Assembly: GCA_964606655.1 (NCBI GenBank)
Contig: CAZSHF010000005.1
Span: 4,888 to 68,887, forward strand
Origin: an uncultured Treponema sp.
Lineage (GTDB): Bacteria; Spirochaetota; Spirochaetia; Treponematales; Treponemataceae
Direction of reading: 5' to 3'
DNA length: 64,000 bases
In this document: one piece after another, positions 1-9,086 of the stretch
Numbering within the stretch: the first letter of the stretch is position 1
Layout: each line of letters starts with the position of its first letter
Made by a program: the position numbers and the translations under genes
Notes under the pieces: model-generated
Seen by the model: the letters and a program-made list of their open reading frames with translations, nothing else
Database searches by the model: none
What the model was told of the DNA's origin: nothing

Positions 1-286
1 AGTTGTCTCCTGCCGAGACGAAAATGCTTTCAGGGTTCGCCATCTGAAGCTCTTTCACGACTTCGGAAAGCTTCGGCATTCCTGTGTTTCTTCCTTCAAG
101 GTCTTCCTCGACTGTTCCGTGGAAGTCGTTCACAGCGAAAATCGTGACATATTTTGATTTTCCGTTCTCAAGTATCACGCTTGCGGAATTTGTTGTTCCC
201 ATTTTGCGGATGGCTTCGCCGAAAAGCGGGAAGCTCAAGGCGAGCGCGACCGCAAAGACGCCAAGTAGTTTTTTCAAGTTCTTCAT
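1..286 (-). CDS. 5'-nucleotidase / metallophosphatase, N-terminal part (runs off window edge; not in ORF track)
   Basis: Manual translation from ATG 286: MKNLKKLLGVFAVALALSFPLFG (signal peptide)...TIFAVNDFHG...IFVSAGDN; NDxHG and AGD are calcineurin-like 5'-nucleotidase motifs; RBS AGGTAGGAG upstream. Confidence 0.85.
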   Translation of the reverse strand, partial: MKNLKKLLGVFAVALALSFPLFGEAIRKMGTTNSASVILENGKSKYVTIFAVNDFHGTVEEDLEGRNTGMPKLSEVVKELQMANPESIFVSAGDN

Positions 287-298
287 ATTTTCTCCTAC

Positions 299-340
299 CT
301 TAATTCTTAATTCCTAATTCTTAATTCTTAATTCTTAATT
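299..340. repeat. Short tandem heptamer repeat (TAATTCT-like, about 6 imperfect copies)
   Basis: cttaattcttaattcctaattcttaattctttaattcttaatt fills the gap between the barrel gene stop and the nucleotidase RBS. Confidence 0.8.
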
Positions 341-2208
341 TAGAACTTCAGTGTTCCGTTCAGAGTGAAGCTCGATATTCTTTCCGCGTTCCTTCTTGAG
401 TAAGACGGATTTGTCGAGTATTCCGCGGAAAGCTCAAAGTAGCGCGCCGGGCTGAATGAAATGCCTGCGCTTATCTTTGTGAAGTCCAGGAAGTTCTGAT
501 CCGGAAGGTTCTCGTAGTCCGCCCAGACCGGAAGATTCTTGTTTCTGTAGTAGTTCATTCCGCCGTAAAGCGTGAGCGGAATTGTAGTGAAGTCTTCGAT
601 TCCGACGCTCACTTTGGCGAATATTCCCTGTCCGTCGAACGAGAAGTTTTCTCCGTAGAAGAAAGCCTCGTAGCCTGCCGTGATGTCCACAAAGTCGTAG
701 TTCACAAAATACTGCGGATTGAATTTGAAAGTTCCGCGCATTTTAGCGGCAGGCTTCGCGTTCGCGATGTAGTAGTCAGAGTCAAGAGAATATCCGTAGA
801 ACCTGTCTTCTGTTGTCCAGAGCCTGTGCTCAAACGCGGCTGTCTTGTACTGCGCAAGAAGGTCTAACTCCGCTCCGAACGCTCCGACAAATGTGTTCAC
901 AAGCCCTGAGTACGCGATTCTGTAGTCAGAGTTAGCGTCCTCTCTGTCTTTCCAGTTCAGGAACATCGCCTCGACTCCAGTTCCGTATGTCACAAATCCG
1001 TCCGCCTTGTAGCTGACACCCGCGTCGACCGCGAAGTTTTTGTCCGCCACAAGAATGTCGCTCCAGATTCCCTGGACTTGTGCCTGCAATGTTCCGCCGA
1101 GCCTTTCAAAGTAGACTGTGTATCTTGCTTTTCCGCCGGCTGACCATTCGCCGTCGATTCCGCGCCAGTAGTCAAGAGCGTCTGTGTCGTAGTTTTCGGC
1201 TTCCTGCTTTTTTCCGCCCGCGATTCCTGTGAAAAGAGAGGCTTCAAGTCCCGGAACAAATCCTTTCTTCATTGAAAGGGTCAAAGCCGAGCCTGTTGTG
1301 CTTTGTCCTGCAAGATAAGAGAAAAGTTTGTCTCCTGCTGCAAGGCGTTTTCCCAAAAAGTCGATTCTTGCGTCCATGACCCCTGCGATGTTCGTGATTG
1401 AAACGTAGCCTGAAGTCACAGCGTCTTTAAGGCTTTTTGAAGTTCCGCGACCTGCCGCGACCGCCGCGAAATCCCGCTTTGCCTTCATTTTCATTTCGGC
1501 TTTGTTCTTGTTCGCGTCGTCCATGTCCGCGTATTCCGCCTGGCTTATGTTTCCTGTTGAGAAAACATCTGTGTCAAGCTGGTTTATCGCGCGCTCGATA
1601 TAGTATTTGACATCGTTGTACAAAAGCTCCGCGTCCGCCCAGACCTGGCTTGTCCAGCTCACGTCGCTTGCTGGCTCTACTGTAGAGCCGTTTATGAACT
1701 GGTATCTTCCGCTTGAGCTTCCGTAGTCAGTTGTTGGCCATCTTGAGCCTGTTATCTGTCCTTCAAACGGACTGTAAGGAAGCCCGTATTTTGAGGCGTT
1801 AGCCTCGTACCAGTCAATCATCGGCTGGATAAGCGAGTAATGGTTTGTGTCGCTGGTTTCGTTGTAGTTCTTTGTTCCCTCGAACGCCGAATACACTTTC
1901 GCCATGTCGACAGAAAGACCTGCCTCGTAGCCGATTCCGCTTTTCCATTCGATTCCGTCTTCCTTCTCAACGCCCCACTCGCTTGCCCTTGAGAAAGAGC
2001 CTTTGAGTTTTACGCCGATGTCCGCGCTGTATTCGCTTGAAAGTCCCGGGATTTCATCGACTGTAGCGTTCTGGTCGATGTTCCTGATTCCAGACGAGAA
2101 GTTCATGTCTGTCGTGAACTCAGGCTTCAAAGGCGAATATGAGTCCTGCGCGTAAAGCGCGAAGGCGGAAAGAACCGCGGTCAATGTAAGTCCGATTTTC
2201 TTTTTCAT
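340..2208 (-). CDS. Exported protein, probable outer-membrane beta-barrel
   Basis: 622 aa; signal peptide (ALYA-Q); amphipathic beta-strand pattern in C-terminal half; ends FTLNGTLKF (terminal Phe). Confidence 0.6.
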   Translation of the reverse strand: MKKKIGLTLTAVLSAFALYAQDSYSPLKPEFTTDMNFSSGIRNIDQNATVDEIPGLSSEYSADIGVKLKGSFSRASEWGVEKEDGIEWKSGIGYEAGLSVDMAKVYSAFEGTKNYNETSDTNHYSLIQPMIDWYEANASKYGLPYSPFEGQITGSRWPTTDYGSSSGRYQFINGSTVEPASDVSWTSQVWADAELLYNDVKYYIERAINQLDTDVFSTGNISQAEYADMDDANKNKAEMKMKAKRDFAAVAAGRGTSKSLKDAVTSGYVSITNIAGVMDARIDFLGKRLAAGDKLFSYLAGQSTTGSALTLSMKKGFVPGLEASLFTGIAGGKKQEAENYDTDALDYWRGIDGEWSAGGKARYTVYFERLGGTLQAQVQGIWSDILVADKNFAVDAGVSYKADGFVTYGTGVEAMFLNWKDREDANSDYRIAYSGLVNTFVGAFGAELDLLAQYKTAAFEHRLWTTEDRFYGYSLDSDYYIANAKPAAKMRGTFKFNPQYFVNYDFVDITAGYEAFFYGENFSFDGQGIFAKVSVGIEDFTTIPLTLYGGMNYYRNKNLPVWADYENLPDQNFLDFTKISAGISFSPARYFELSAEYSTNPSYSRRNAERISSFTLNGTLKF

Positions 2209-2223
2209 ATTTTCTAAACTCCT

Positions 2224-4035
2224 TTAGTTTGTTTTTTTATAGAACTGGAACTGGTATTGGTAGGCATAGTTACCTGATGGAGTTCCGCCACGATATGTGA
2301 AGAATCCACCAGAATAATATTCCAGCCACATTGTCCCTCTCTCTCCTGTAGCGTTTGGCAATTCAAGAAAATAAGTTCCATTGCTGCTACTTGTGATTTT
2401 CCACTGCGAATAGGTGCTTGAGTAGGAATCAAACCTCAGAGCCGCTGTGTTGGCTTTATAGCCTTCTCCTGCTAAATATCTTCTGTTGTTTGTGCCAGGC
2501 AGAATGTTTGTGAATGTGTAATAGGTTGTTCCGTTGATTTCTTCTGTTGTTACACAAAGAGAAGCAATGTCGGCCAAATAGCCGGCGGTTCCGGAATCTG
2601 CATCTACAGCAACTCCTCCAAGCCCTTTTCCCTCCTTTTCAATGCCAAGAAAAATTTTTTCAGACGGATAATAAATCATCACGACATCGCCGTCTTTAGG
2701 CATTTCCGTAAGGCGTGTGTAAGTTCCTTCCGGCGAAGTGCTGAAATTGTAGGTGACAAGGTTAGGAACGACTGTGTAAACCTGAGACTCGCTTGAGCTT
2801 CCTGTTCCTGCCGGCGGAAACACAGTGATACTGAACTTATTCGAGAAATTCGCTTCGGTCTCGCCCGAGACAATGTCCCGCCCGTTGTATTGCACGCGAA
2901 GCCCGTAAGTGCTCGCCGTGATTTTCTGGACTTTCGGAAAGTCGCTTCCCATCTTTACGGTTATCGTGCGGTCTGTGTTGTTTATTGTTCCGTAGATAAA
3001 ATGCGACAAATCCTCAAGCGCAAAGTACGAGACCATGGTCTGCTGCGCGGAAGTCGGGTCTGATGTTGAATATCCTGCTGTCGTGATGTCGCCCGCTCCC
3101 GAGACTGTCTGCGTCGCTATCCATTCAATCTCTCTCCAAGATGAATAACGCAGAGTTGTGTTCTTTCTCTGGATTTTCTTAGCGACGCCCCAGTTCCAGC
3201 CGGTTCCGTTTCCCGCGTCAGGACCCAGGACATCAAGGATTGTTCCGTTGTACGTAAGGGTTATTCCGTCCTGGCCTGAGAACGTGATTATCGAGTTGTA
3301 AATCCTGTCGCTCTGGCAAACGCGTGTCGCGCTGTCCTTTGAGGAATCGAACATCGCCGAGCGCTGCGAGTAAATCACAAGAATCGCGTTCGCAGGAAGC
3401 GTTCCTGTAAGGTAAACGCTCTGGTCCAGGTCCTCGCGGCGGATTCCGTTTTCCCAGGCGTGCTTTGAAAGAAGAACCTGGGAAAGGTCAAGAGCCTCGC
3501 TCGTCATGTTCTTGATTTCGATGTACTGGTTGTTTTCGCCTTTGTACAATGCCGCGCCTTCCGAATAATATTCAGTGAACATAAGAGCGTTCGCAGGCAA
3601 TGCCGAAGAAGCCTTTTCTATATTCACAAGATATGTGACAGACTCGCTGTCGTTCGCGACTGAAAGAGAGACAGGATTTTTTGAATAATCCTGCTGTTCG
3701 GCGGAAGTGAAAATCTCGCCGTCCTGGACTTCAACGCTTGCTTTGAGGTTCTTTCTCTGCGCGGAATCTGAATAAAGTGATTCCGGAAGATAAACAGTTA
3801 CTGTCTTTTTCTCGTCGTCCACGCTTCCGAAAACCGTTCCGCCCAGCGAAGAAACTTCACTGTTGTCCGCCGCCTTAAAGCCGAACGAAGTGATTTTCGG
3901 GCTTGGAGAAGCATCCTGTCCGCACGAGACAAAGAAAAGGAACGAGAACACAAGAACCGCAAGAAGAACGATGAAAGTGACCGCCGAAATCAGGACAGTT
4001 CCAAGACGGATTTTTTTATTTGAAAAATTTTTCAT
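2224..4035 (-). CDS. Lamin-tail-domain (LTD) lipoprotein
   Basis: Lipobox FVSC; ITSFGF...GSVDDEKKTVTV Ig-like repeat; LMFTEYYSEG..NNQYIEIKN..LDLS LTD signature. Confidence 0.7.
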   Translation of the reverse strand: MKNFSNKKIRLGTVLISAVTFIVLLAVLVFSFLFFVSCGQDASPSPKITSFGFKAADNSEVSSLGGTVFGSVDDEKKTVTVYLPESLYSDSAQRKNLKASVEVQDGEIFTSAEQQDYSKNPVSLSVANDSESVTYLVNIEKASSALPANALMFTEYYSEGAALYKGENNQYIEIKNMTSEALDLSQVLLSKHAWENGIRREDLDQSVYLTGTLPANAILVIYSQRSAMFDSSKDSATRVCQSDRIYNSIITFSGQDGITLTYNGTILDVLGPDAGNGTGWNWGVAKKIQRKNTTLRYSSWREIEWIATQTVSGAGDITTAGYSTSDPTSAQQTMVSYFALEDLSHFIYGTINNTDRTITVKMGSDFPKVQKITASTYGLRVQYNGRDIVSGETEANFSNKFSITVFPPAGTGSSSESQVYTVVPNLVTYNFSTSPEGTYTRLTEMPKDGDVVMIYYPSEKIFLGIEKEGKGLGGVAVDADSGTAGYLADIASLCVTTEEINGTTYYTFTNILPGTNNRRYLAGEGYKANTAALRFDSYSSTYSQWKITSSSNGTYFLELPNATGERGTMWLEYYSGGFFTYRGGTPSGNYAYQYQFQFYKKTN

Positions 4036-6956
4036 TAAAACACCCCCGGAATTCTTATCAGGTCTGGATCGTGGTCAGAAAGGTTGTAGTGGTTGTTTCT
4101 TGTGAACATAGAGTCGATGTGCGGAATGAAGCACACTTTCCTCCACTCGCCTGAAGTTTGCGCCGCCTCCGCGTTTCCGCCTACTTCTGTCAACGCTTTC
4201 TGATACAGGAACGGAGAAACATAAACGTGGTCAATCTGCTGGTAGTTTCCGTTGTAGACATAAGAGAACCGCTCATTCTTAGGCATGAACTCTTCTGTAA
4301 GGCTGTAGAGAATCTGGTTTCTGTTTATCGCGCCTGTAAGGACCTGCATAGGATTTGAGTAGGCGAAATCGTTCATGTCGCCCGCGACGACAATCTTCGC
4401 GTCCGCGTCAAGGTCAAGGATTTCCTGCACGAACCTGTTCACTGTTGCAGCCTGTCCGTTCCGCTTGACTTCAGAAAGAAGAAGCGGAGGCTGGACGCTT
4501 CCGTAAAGAGGATAGTCGCCGCGCTTGCTGCTTAAATGGCAGGCGACGACAAAGAAATTCTTGTCTGTCGTGTTTCCGCTTGAATCCTTTATCCTGAACT
4601 CTCCGATTAAAGGGCGTCGGCTCCGCGCGAAATAAGAGCTTTCAATGTAAGCCGGACTCTGCGAGAGGTGTGGTTTTCCGTCTTCGCCTTTGAAAGGATA
4701 AGTCCGCGCGTCCGCCAATGCCCAGCCGGCAGGATCATTGTCCTTGGTCTGAACCGGCCATTCGCTTTCATCCAGGAGGCTGTTTGATGAATCGTGTGTG
4801 TTCGCGTATGTGTTAGAGACAAGCCCGTTGTCCACGAACTCGACTCTCTGCGTGTTGTACATAAATCCGTTACGGATATTCACGCCGCTTTTTCCGCCCG
4901 AGTCGCGTTCCTTAGGGTCAATGCAGCGGAACTCGTATCTCGGGCCGCCGTTCGCTACAATCGCGTCGCTTATCGTTGAAAAGTTCCTGACCGCAGTTAC
5001 AATTCCGTCGCGCGGAGCGTACTCGTTGTCCTGGTTTGTGTACAAGGAAGAAGTCTTAGCGTCGTCTCCCATCTCGACAATGACAACCACGTCCGGGTAA
5101 AGCATATTGTTCTTGATTGTCAGGGCGACCTGCTCGCATTTGCTGTAAGTCGAGCCTTGAGCCTCGTAGTTCTCAAGGTTGAACGCTCCGACTGTAAGGC
5201 TTGTTTCGTTTGTGTTTCCTGTCTGGCTTGAGCTTTCGCTTGTCCAGTCCGGAGTGAAAACCGAGCCCGCGTTGAAGCCTGCGGCGTTAGTTCCTGTCCG
5301 CCACTGACGGACTGTTATTCCGTTTCCGCTTGTATTTGATGTGTTTGCCTGTGCCTGCATTCCGCTTGTGACATTTGTTTTTGAGACTGTGCCGAACGCG
5401 GAATCGTCAAGCTTTGTGTACCAGGATTCAGAGCCGTCAAATCCCCACTTGCCAGGATAAGCAGAAGTTCCTCTGTTTGGGTCTGCCTGATTTGGGACCG
5501 TCTGTCCAGAATAAGTTTGTAGGGTTCTTGTGCTTCCCTTGTATGTGTATGTTGTGTAGTAGGAAGTTATGTAGTTCGCCGCAGTCGACTGCACATACAT
5601 CGCGGCCTCGCTGTTCAGAGGACGCGCGATGTAGATTCCTGTAATGTAGTCCAGGACACCTCGGAAAACTTTCGCGCCTGTCGAATCGACCAGAGTGTCG
5701 CCTGTCTGCGCAAGGCTCTGCCTGTACGCGGAAAAATCGAACGCGGCATAGTCAACAAATAAAAGCTCCTCGTTGTAGTCGTCCTTGTCCACGACATTTG
5801 TCATCCAGGTATCGTTGAATGTGCGGAATCTGGTTCCGTCCTCTTTGTATCCGCCGTCCGCAAGAACGCCAGTCGTGTTGTAGTAAGTTCCCGCGATTAC
5901 AAGGGGATTGTCGATGTAAACCACCGAACATTCCATTGTCTCAAGGACTTTTATAGCCTCGTCCATCGGCGCGGAAGAATCTACATCGCCGACCATGACG
6001 CGCGCTTCGCCGGGATAAGTGACTCCCTCGTAAGTGTACGACCTGTCGGTTTTCCACTGGTCGGCTTTTGTCTGGCTGTAAGTTATAAGAATTCCGTCAG
6101 GATAAGGCGCAGTCTTGTACGCTCCGTTTTCCTCGACGCGGATTACAGTCTCGGCGTTTATTTCTGTGCGCGAAAGTGTCGCGGTCGAAGAGCCGAACCT
6201 GTCAAGGATTCTTGATTCCGCGACAACGCCGGAAACCGTGACAACATCGCCAGCCTGAAGGTCGGTCGGAATTCCGCTTTTCCATTTTGAGTCGCTGAAA
6301 GATTCGTCGTGAGTGTTTACAAAAATCGCGTTGGATTTTGCGCCTGAAAAGTCTTTGTCGGCGGGCAAGGCTTCAAGATAAAAGCCGTCGTTTCCGACAT
6401 ACTGGGCGATGTCTTCGCCCTCGACATTGGAATTGTTGTAGTTCCAGTTGGCCGCCTTGTTCGAAATCATCGTGACAACACCTGTGATTCCGTAGACAGT
6501 CTCGCCGGTCAAAGGAGATTTTGCGCCAGAACCTTGAATGTCGGAAATCGTGAGAGCGCCGGCAGGAACAGCGGTGAAGTCCACGCCGGAGACAACGCCG
6601 TTCACTGCGGAAGAGCCGACATTAAGACCTGAACCGTAATTCAGGCTTCCGGAGGCTTTGAAGTCCGGAACAAAGATGTAGGACGCTTTTTTTGCGATGA
6701 CTTGGCAGGTGTTTTTTCCAAGTCCTGAAAGCTCGTAGTTTCCGCTGGAATCTGTCTCAACAGATCCTATACCCCCCCCCATCACGGAAATTACGACGCC
6801 GGCAACAGGATTTGAATCCCTGTCCGTTACAGTTCCCCTTATTGAATAGTTTCCGGTCTTGCTGGAGCCGTCAAGCTGGTTGCAGCCCAGAAAACCGCCC
6901 AATCCAAGAAAGAGAACCAATGCGTAAAAAGTAAAGGTTGTTCTTTTCATAATCAT
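4035..6956 (-). CDS. Extracellular endonuclease/exonuclease/phosphatase (EEP) nuclease lipoprotein with OB-fold and carboxypeptidase-regulatory-like domains
   Basis: Lipobox FLGC; ISDIQG..SPL..ITGVVT OB motif; GAFNLEN, CHLSSK, GDMND, QIDHVYVS, SDHDP EEP motifs. Confidence 0.88.
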   Translation of the reverse strand: MIMKRTTFTFYALVLFLGLGGFLGCNQLDGSSKTGNYSIRGTVTDRDSNPVAGVVISVMGGGIGSVETDSSGNYELSGLGKNTCQVIAKKASYIFVPDFKASGSLNYGSGLNVGSSAVNGVVSGVDFTAVPAGALTISDIQGSGAKSPLTGETVYGITGVVTMISNKAANWNYNNSNVEGEDIAQYVGNDGFYLEALPADKDFSGAKSNAIFVNTHDESFSDSKWKSGIPTDLQAGDVVTVSGVVAESRILDRFGSSTATLSRTEINAETVIRVEENGAYKTAPYPDGILITYSQTKADQWKTDRSYTYEGVTYPGEARVMVGDVDSSAPMDEAIKVLETMECSVVYIDNPLVIAGTYYNTTGVLADGGYKEDGTRFRTFNDTWMTNVVDKDDYNEELLFVDYAAFDFSAYRQSLAQTGDTLVDSTGAKVFRGVLDYITGIYIARPLNSEAAMYVQSTAANYITSYYTTYTYKGSTRTLQTYSGQTVPNQADPNRGTSAYPGKWGFDGSESWYTKLDDSAFGTVSKTNVTSGMQAQANTSNTSGNGITVRQWRTGTNAAGFNAGSVFTPDWTSESSSQTGNTNETSLTVGAFNLENYEAQGSTYSKCEQVALTIKNNMLYPDVVVIVEMGDDAKTSSLYTNQDNEYAPRDGIVTAVRNFSTISDAIVANGGPRYEFRCIDPKERDSGGKSGVNIRNGFMYNTQRVEFVDNGLVSNTYANTHDSSNSLLDESEWPVQTKDNDPAGWALADARTYPFKGEDGKPHLSQSPAYIESSYFARSRRPLIGEFRIKDSSGNTTDKNFFVVACHLSSKRGDYPLYGSVQPPLLLSEVKRNGQAATVNRFVQEILDLDADAKIVVAGDMNDFAYSNPMQVLTGAINRNQILYSLTEEFMPKNERFSYVYNGNYQQIDHVYVSPFLYQKALTEVGGNAEAAQTSGEWRKVCFIPHIDSMFTRNNHYNLSDHDPDLIRIPGVF

Positions 6957-7101
6957 TTCCCAACACCGATTTTAAGGCATAAAATGAGGAAAAATCAGAC
7001 TTTTTTCTGTAAATTCTTGCTTTTATCTGTAAAAAATTGGCATTTTGAGTTAAGAAAATGTAAAGGAAATGTGTTATATTATTTACATTGCAGGAGATTT
7101 T

Positions 7102-7356
7102 ATGTTCGCCACGGCAAGAGGATATTACAACGGCTCGCAGATAGTCCTTGACAGTCCGGCTCAGCTGGAAAAAGGACAGGAAGTTGTGATTGCCTATGTG
7201 ATTCCGCAACCTGAAAAAATCAAAGAGCCAGAAGAAACACAAGAATCAATCGAATCGGTTGTGGATTCGCTTGTAGGGGCAGTTCCGAACTCTGGAAAAA
7301 CCCTTGAAGAATACAGAAAAACTTTTAAAAGTCATACGGATTGCAAATGTCTCTGA
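7102..7356 (+). CDS. Probable antitoxin, 3' end altered
   Basis: RBS CAGGAG-ATG 7102; MFATARGYYNGSQIVLDSP..LEKGQEVVI resembles small antitoxins found before PIN toxins. Confidence 0.5.
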   Translation: MFATARGYYNGSQIVLDSPAQLEKGQEVVIAYVIPQPEKIKEPEETQESIESVVDSLVGAVPNSGKTLEEYRKTFKSHTDCKCL

Positions 7357-7470
7357 AAACGAGATTATTTTAGCCTTGAATTCCGGCTGGGCTGATTTTG
7401 AAGATTCCGTCCAAAACGCAGTCGCAGAATCCAACAGTTTTGATATGATTATAACACGGAATCAGAAAGA
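7320..7470 (+). pseudogene. PIN-domain toxin remnant (C-terminal half only)
   Basis: WADFEDSVQNAVAE..DMIITRNQKEF is the PIN C-terminal motif; the N-terminal DTN motif is missing. Confidence 0.65.
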
Positions 7471-7734
7471 GTTCACAGGACAATGGTTTTCCCTTGCCCA
7501 GCGTATGACTTCATTCAGTCTTGTCTGGTATCCTTTCTCGCCATAACTTTTAAGCCAGGAAAGATTGTCCAAGTCAATCCTGAATGTAATTGACTTCTTA
7601 ATCGGCTTCCAGTATTTGAAATGACCTCGGGCAAAAATCTCCTCGCTTAATTCAGGCGCGTCCGTCAGATTTATTTCACTGTCAGGTTTTGCGTTCTGCT
7701 CGCTTTTAGCAATAAAGTTCTCTAAGTCGTTCAT
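7462..7734 (-). CDS. BrnA-family antitoxin (orphan)
   Basis: DINLTDAPEL-like segment, KKSITFRIDLDNLSWLKS.G.KGYQTRLNEVIR RHH motif. Confidence 0.8.
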   Translation of the reverse strand: MNDLENFIAKSEQNAKPDSEINLTDAPELSEEIFARGHFKYWKPIKKSITFRIDLDNLSWLKSYGEKGYQTRLNEVIRWARENHCPVNSF

Positions 7735-7780
7735 AATACATTTTCATTAAATCAATACAAAAAAAATCACATTGTTCACT

Positions 7781-7807
7781 CGGTTATTTCGAGAGCCTCA
7801 ATGACCG
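7781..7807. repeat. REP-like palindrome
   Basis: CGGTTATTTCGAGAGCCTCAATGACCG; same family as GGTGGTTGAGnnnnTCGAAACCACC units in copA and in the hairpin element core. Confidence 0.7.
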
Positions 7808-7843
7808 TTCAAAAAAATGGTTTGTATGAAAGGAAAGCGGAAA

Positions 7844-8092
7844 TCAGTTGTTTTGCAAGAACGAATACATTTCTTCCAGATTTCCGTTCAGTTCCAGCAG
7901 ACAAGCGTTATGAAGATATTCATTGGTTTCAAGGAAAAGATTTGTTTCAGTGTCATTCAAAAGCGAAAATATTTCCATTGAGCAGAGTTTTGCGAAAGCG
8001 GAATCTTGCTCCAAATTCAGTTTCTGCATAATGAATTTTGTAAGAGATACTACACAGTTTCCTTTTATGGTTTCAATCTTATTTTCAGGCAT
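7844..8092 (-). CDS. Small hypothetical protein (DUF3791-like partner of DUF3990)
   Basis: 82 aa; FSLLNDTETNLFLE motif; co-oriented with DUF3990 gene. Confidence 0.55.
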   Translation of the reverse strand: MPENKIETIKGNCVVSLTKFIMQKLNLEQDSAFAKLCSMEIFSLLNDTETNLFLETNEYLHNACLLELNGNLEEMYSFLQNN

Positions 8093-8102
8093 AACAACCT
8101 CA

Positions 8103-8657
8103 TCAGTTTATAACCCTAATTGAAGAAATCAGCCTGTCGGCAATTTCCTGTTTTCCGATAAAATACTGGATTCCGAGATTATCTGTCTCAAGATTCTTCA
8201 GCAAAAATTCCCTTGCTTCCTCATCTGTTCTCGAATTTGAATACATTCCGTCAAAATAATTCTTGAAACATAGCGTTGTGTTGTCATCTGCTGTCGGGCC
8301 GATAACCAAATCATAAATATGCGAATAATCAGAATTCCTTCTGCATTCAATGACAAAATTTATCCAATCCATATCAGGCTCAAAAAAATACTTTACCTTT
8401 AAATCAGGCAACACATTTTTATCAAGCCTTATCTCATACAGAACTTTAGAAAAACATTTTGAATCTTTATTCCGACTTCGTCTTACAGCTTCCCTGAATT
8501 TTTTTTCCATCATTCCAAGAGCCTGATTCTTGTCAACCGCCATATAAAAACCTTTTCCAAAATCTTTATTTCCACGACCTTTTGCAACATCAACTTTCGA
8601 GAACAAATCTATTGTGCCGTGATAAAGGACTTCACTGATTCTCGGCAATATATTCAT
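8103..8657 (-). CDS. DUF3990 family protein
   Basis: LYHGT..DFGKGFY..W..FV..CR..YDLVIGPTADD..Q pattern. Confidence 0.8.
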   Translation of the reverse strand: MNILPRISEVLYHGTIDLFSKVDVAKGRGNKDFGKGFYMAVDKNQALGMMEKKFREAVRRSRNKDSKCFSKVLYEIRLDKNVLPDLKVKYFFEPDMDWINFVIECRRNSDYSHIYDLVIGPTADDNTTLCFKNYFDGMYSNSRTDEEAREFLLKNLETDNLGIQYFIGKQEIADRLISSIRVIN

Positions 8658-8856
8658 CTATTTCTTTCCCCATTTCCTGCTGTGTCATCGAATCAAATAC
8701 ATCAGGACATTCCGCAATATAATTGAGAATCCTGTATTTTTTGTCGAGAGCAAGAAACTGCTCTGTGGAAATATTATGCTCGCGTTTATATTCCTCGGAA
8801 GCAAGATACATAAGAAAAATCGAATTATCCAATCGCAATTCTGACATATAATTCAC
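8632..8856 (-). CDS. DUF3791 family protein
   Basis: EEYKREHNIS...KYRILNYIAECPDVF; overlaps DUF3990 start. Confidence 0.65.
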   Translation of the reverse strand: MNYMSELRLDNSIFLMYLASEEYKREHNISTEQFLALDKKYRILNYIAECPDVFDSMTQQEMGKEIDEYIAENQ

Positions 8857-9086
8857 CTCGATTTATATTAGCACGTATTCACCAATTGTAAATCAAAATA
8901 AATCTTGCAAACCACTCTCTCTCCCGATGTTTTCAAATCAGCGAAAATTCACTATATTAGACCTCGTTAGCACAATGCAACTTGTCCGATGCTGACAAAC
9001 ACGTCTTCCGCATTATAATTTTTATAAAAAGTTTGCTGATTATAATGCGGAAGCCGTGACTTACAAGACACATTTTGGAGATTTTT

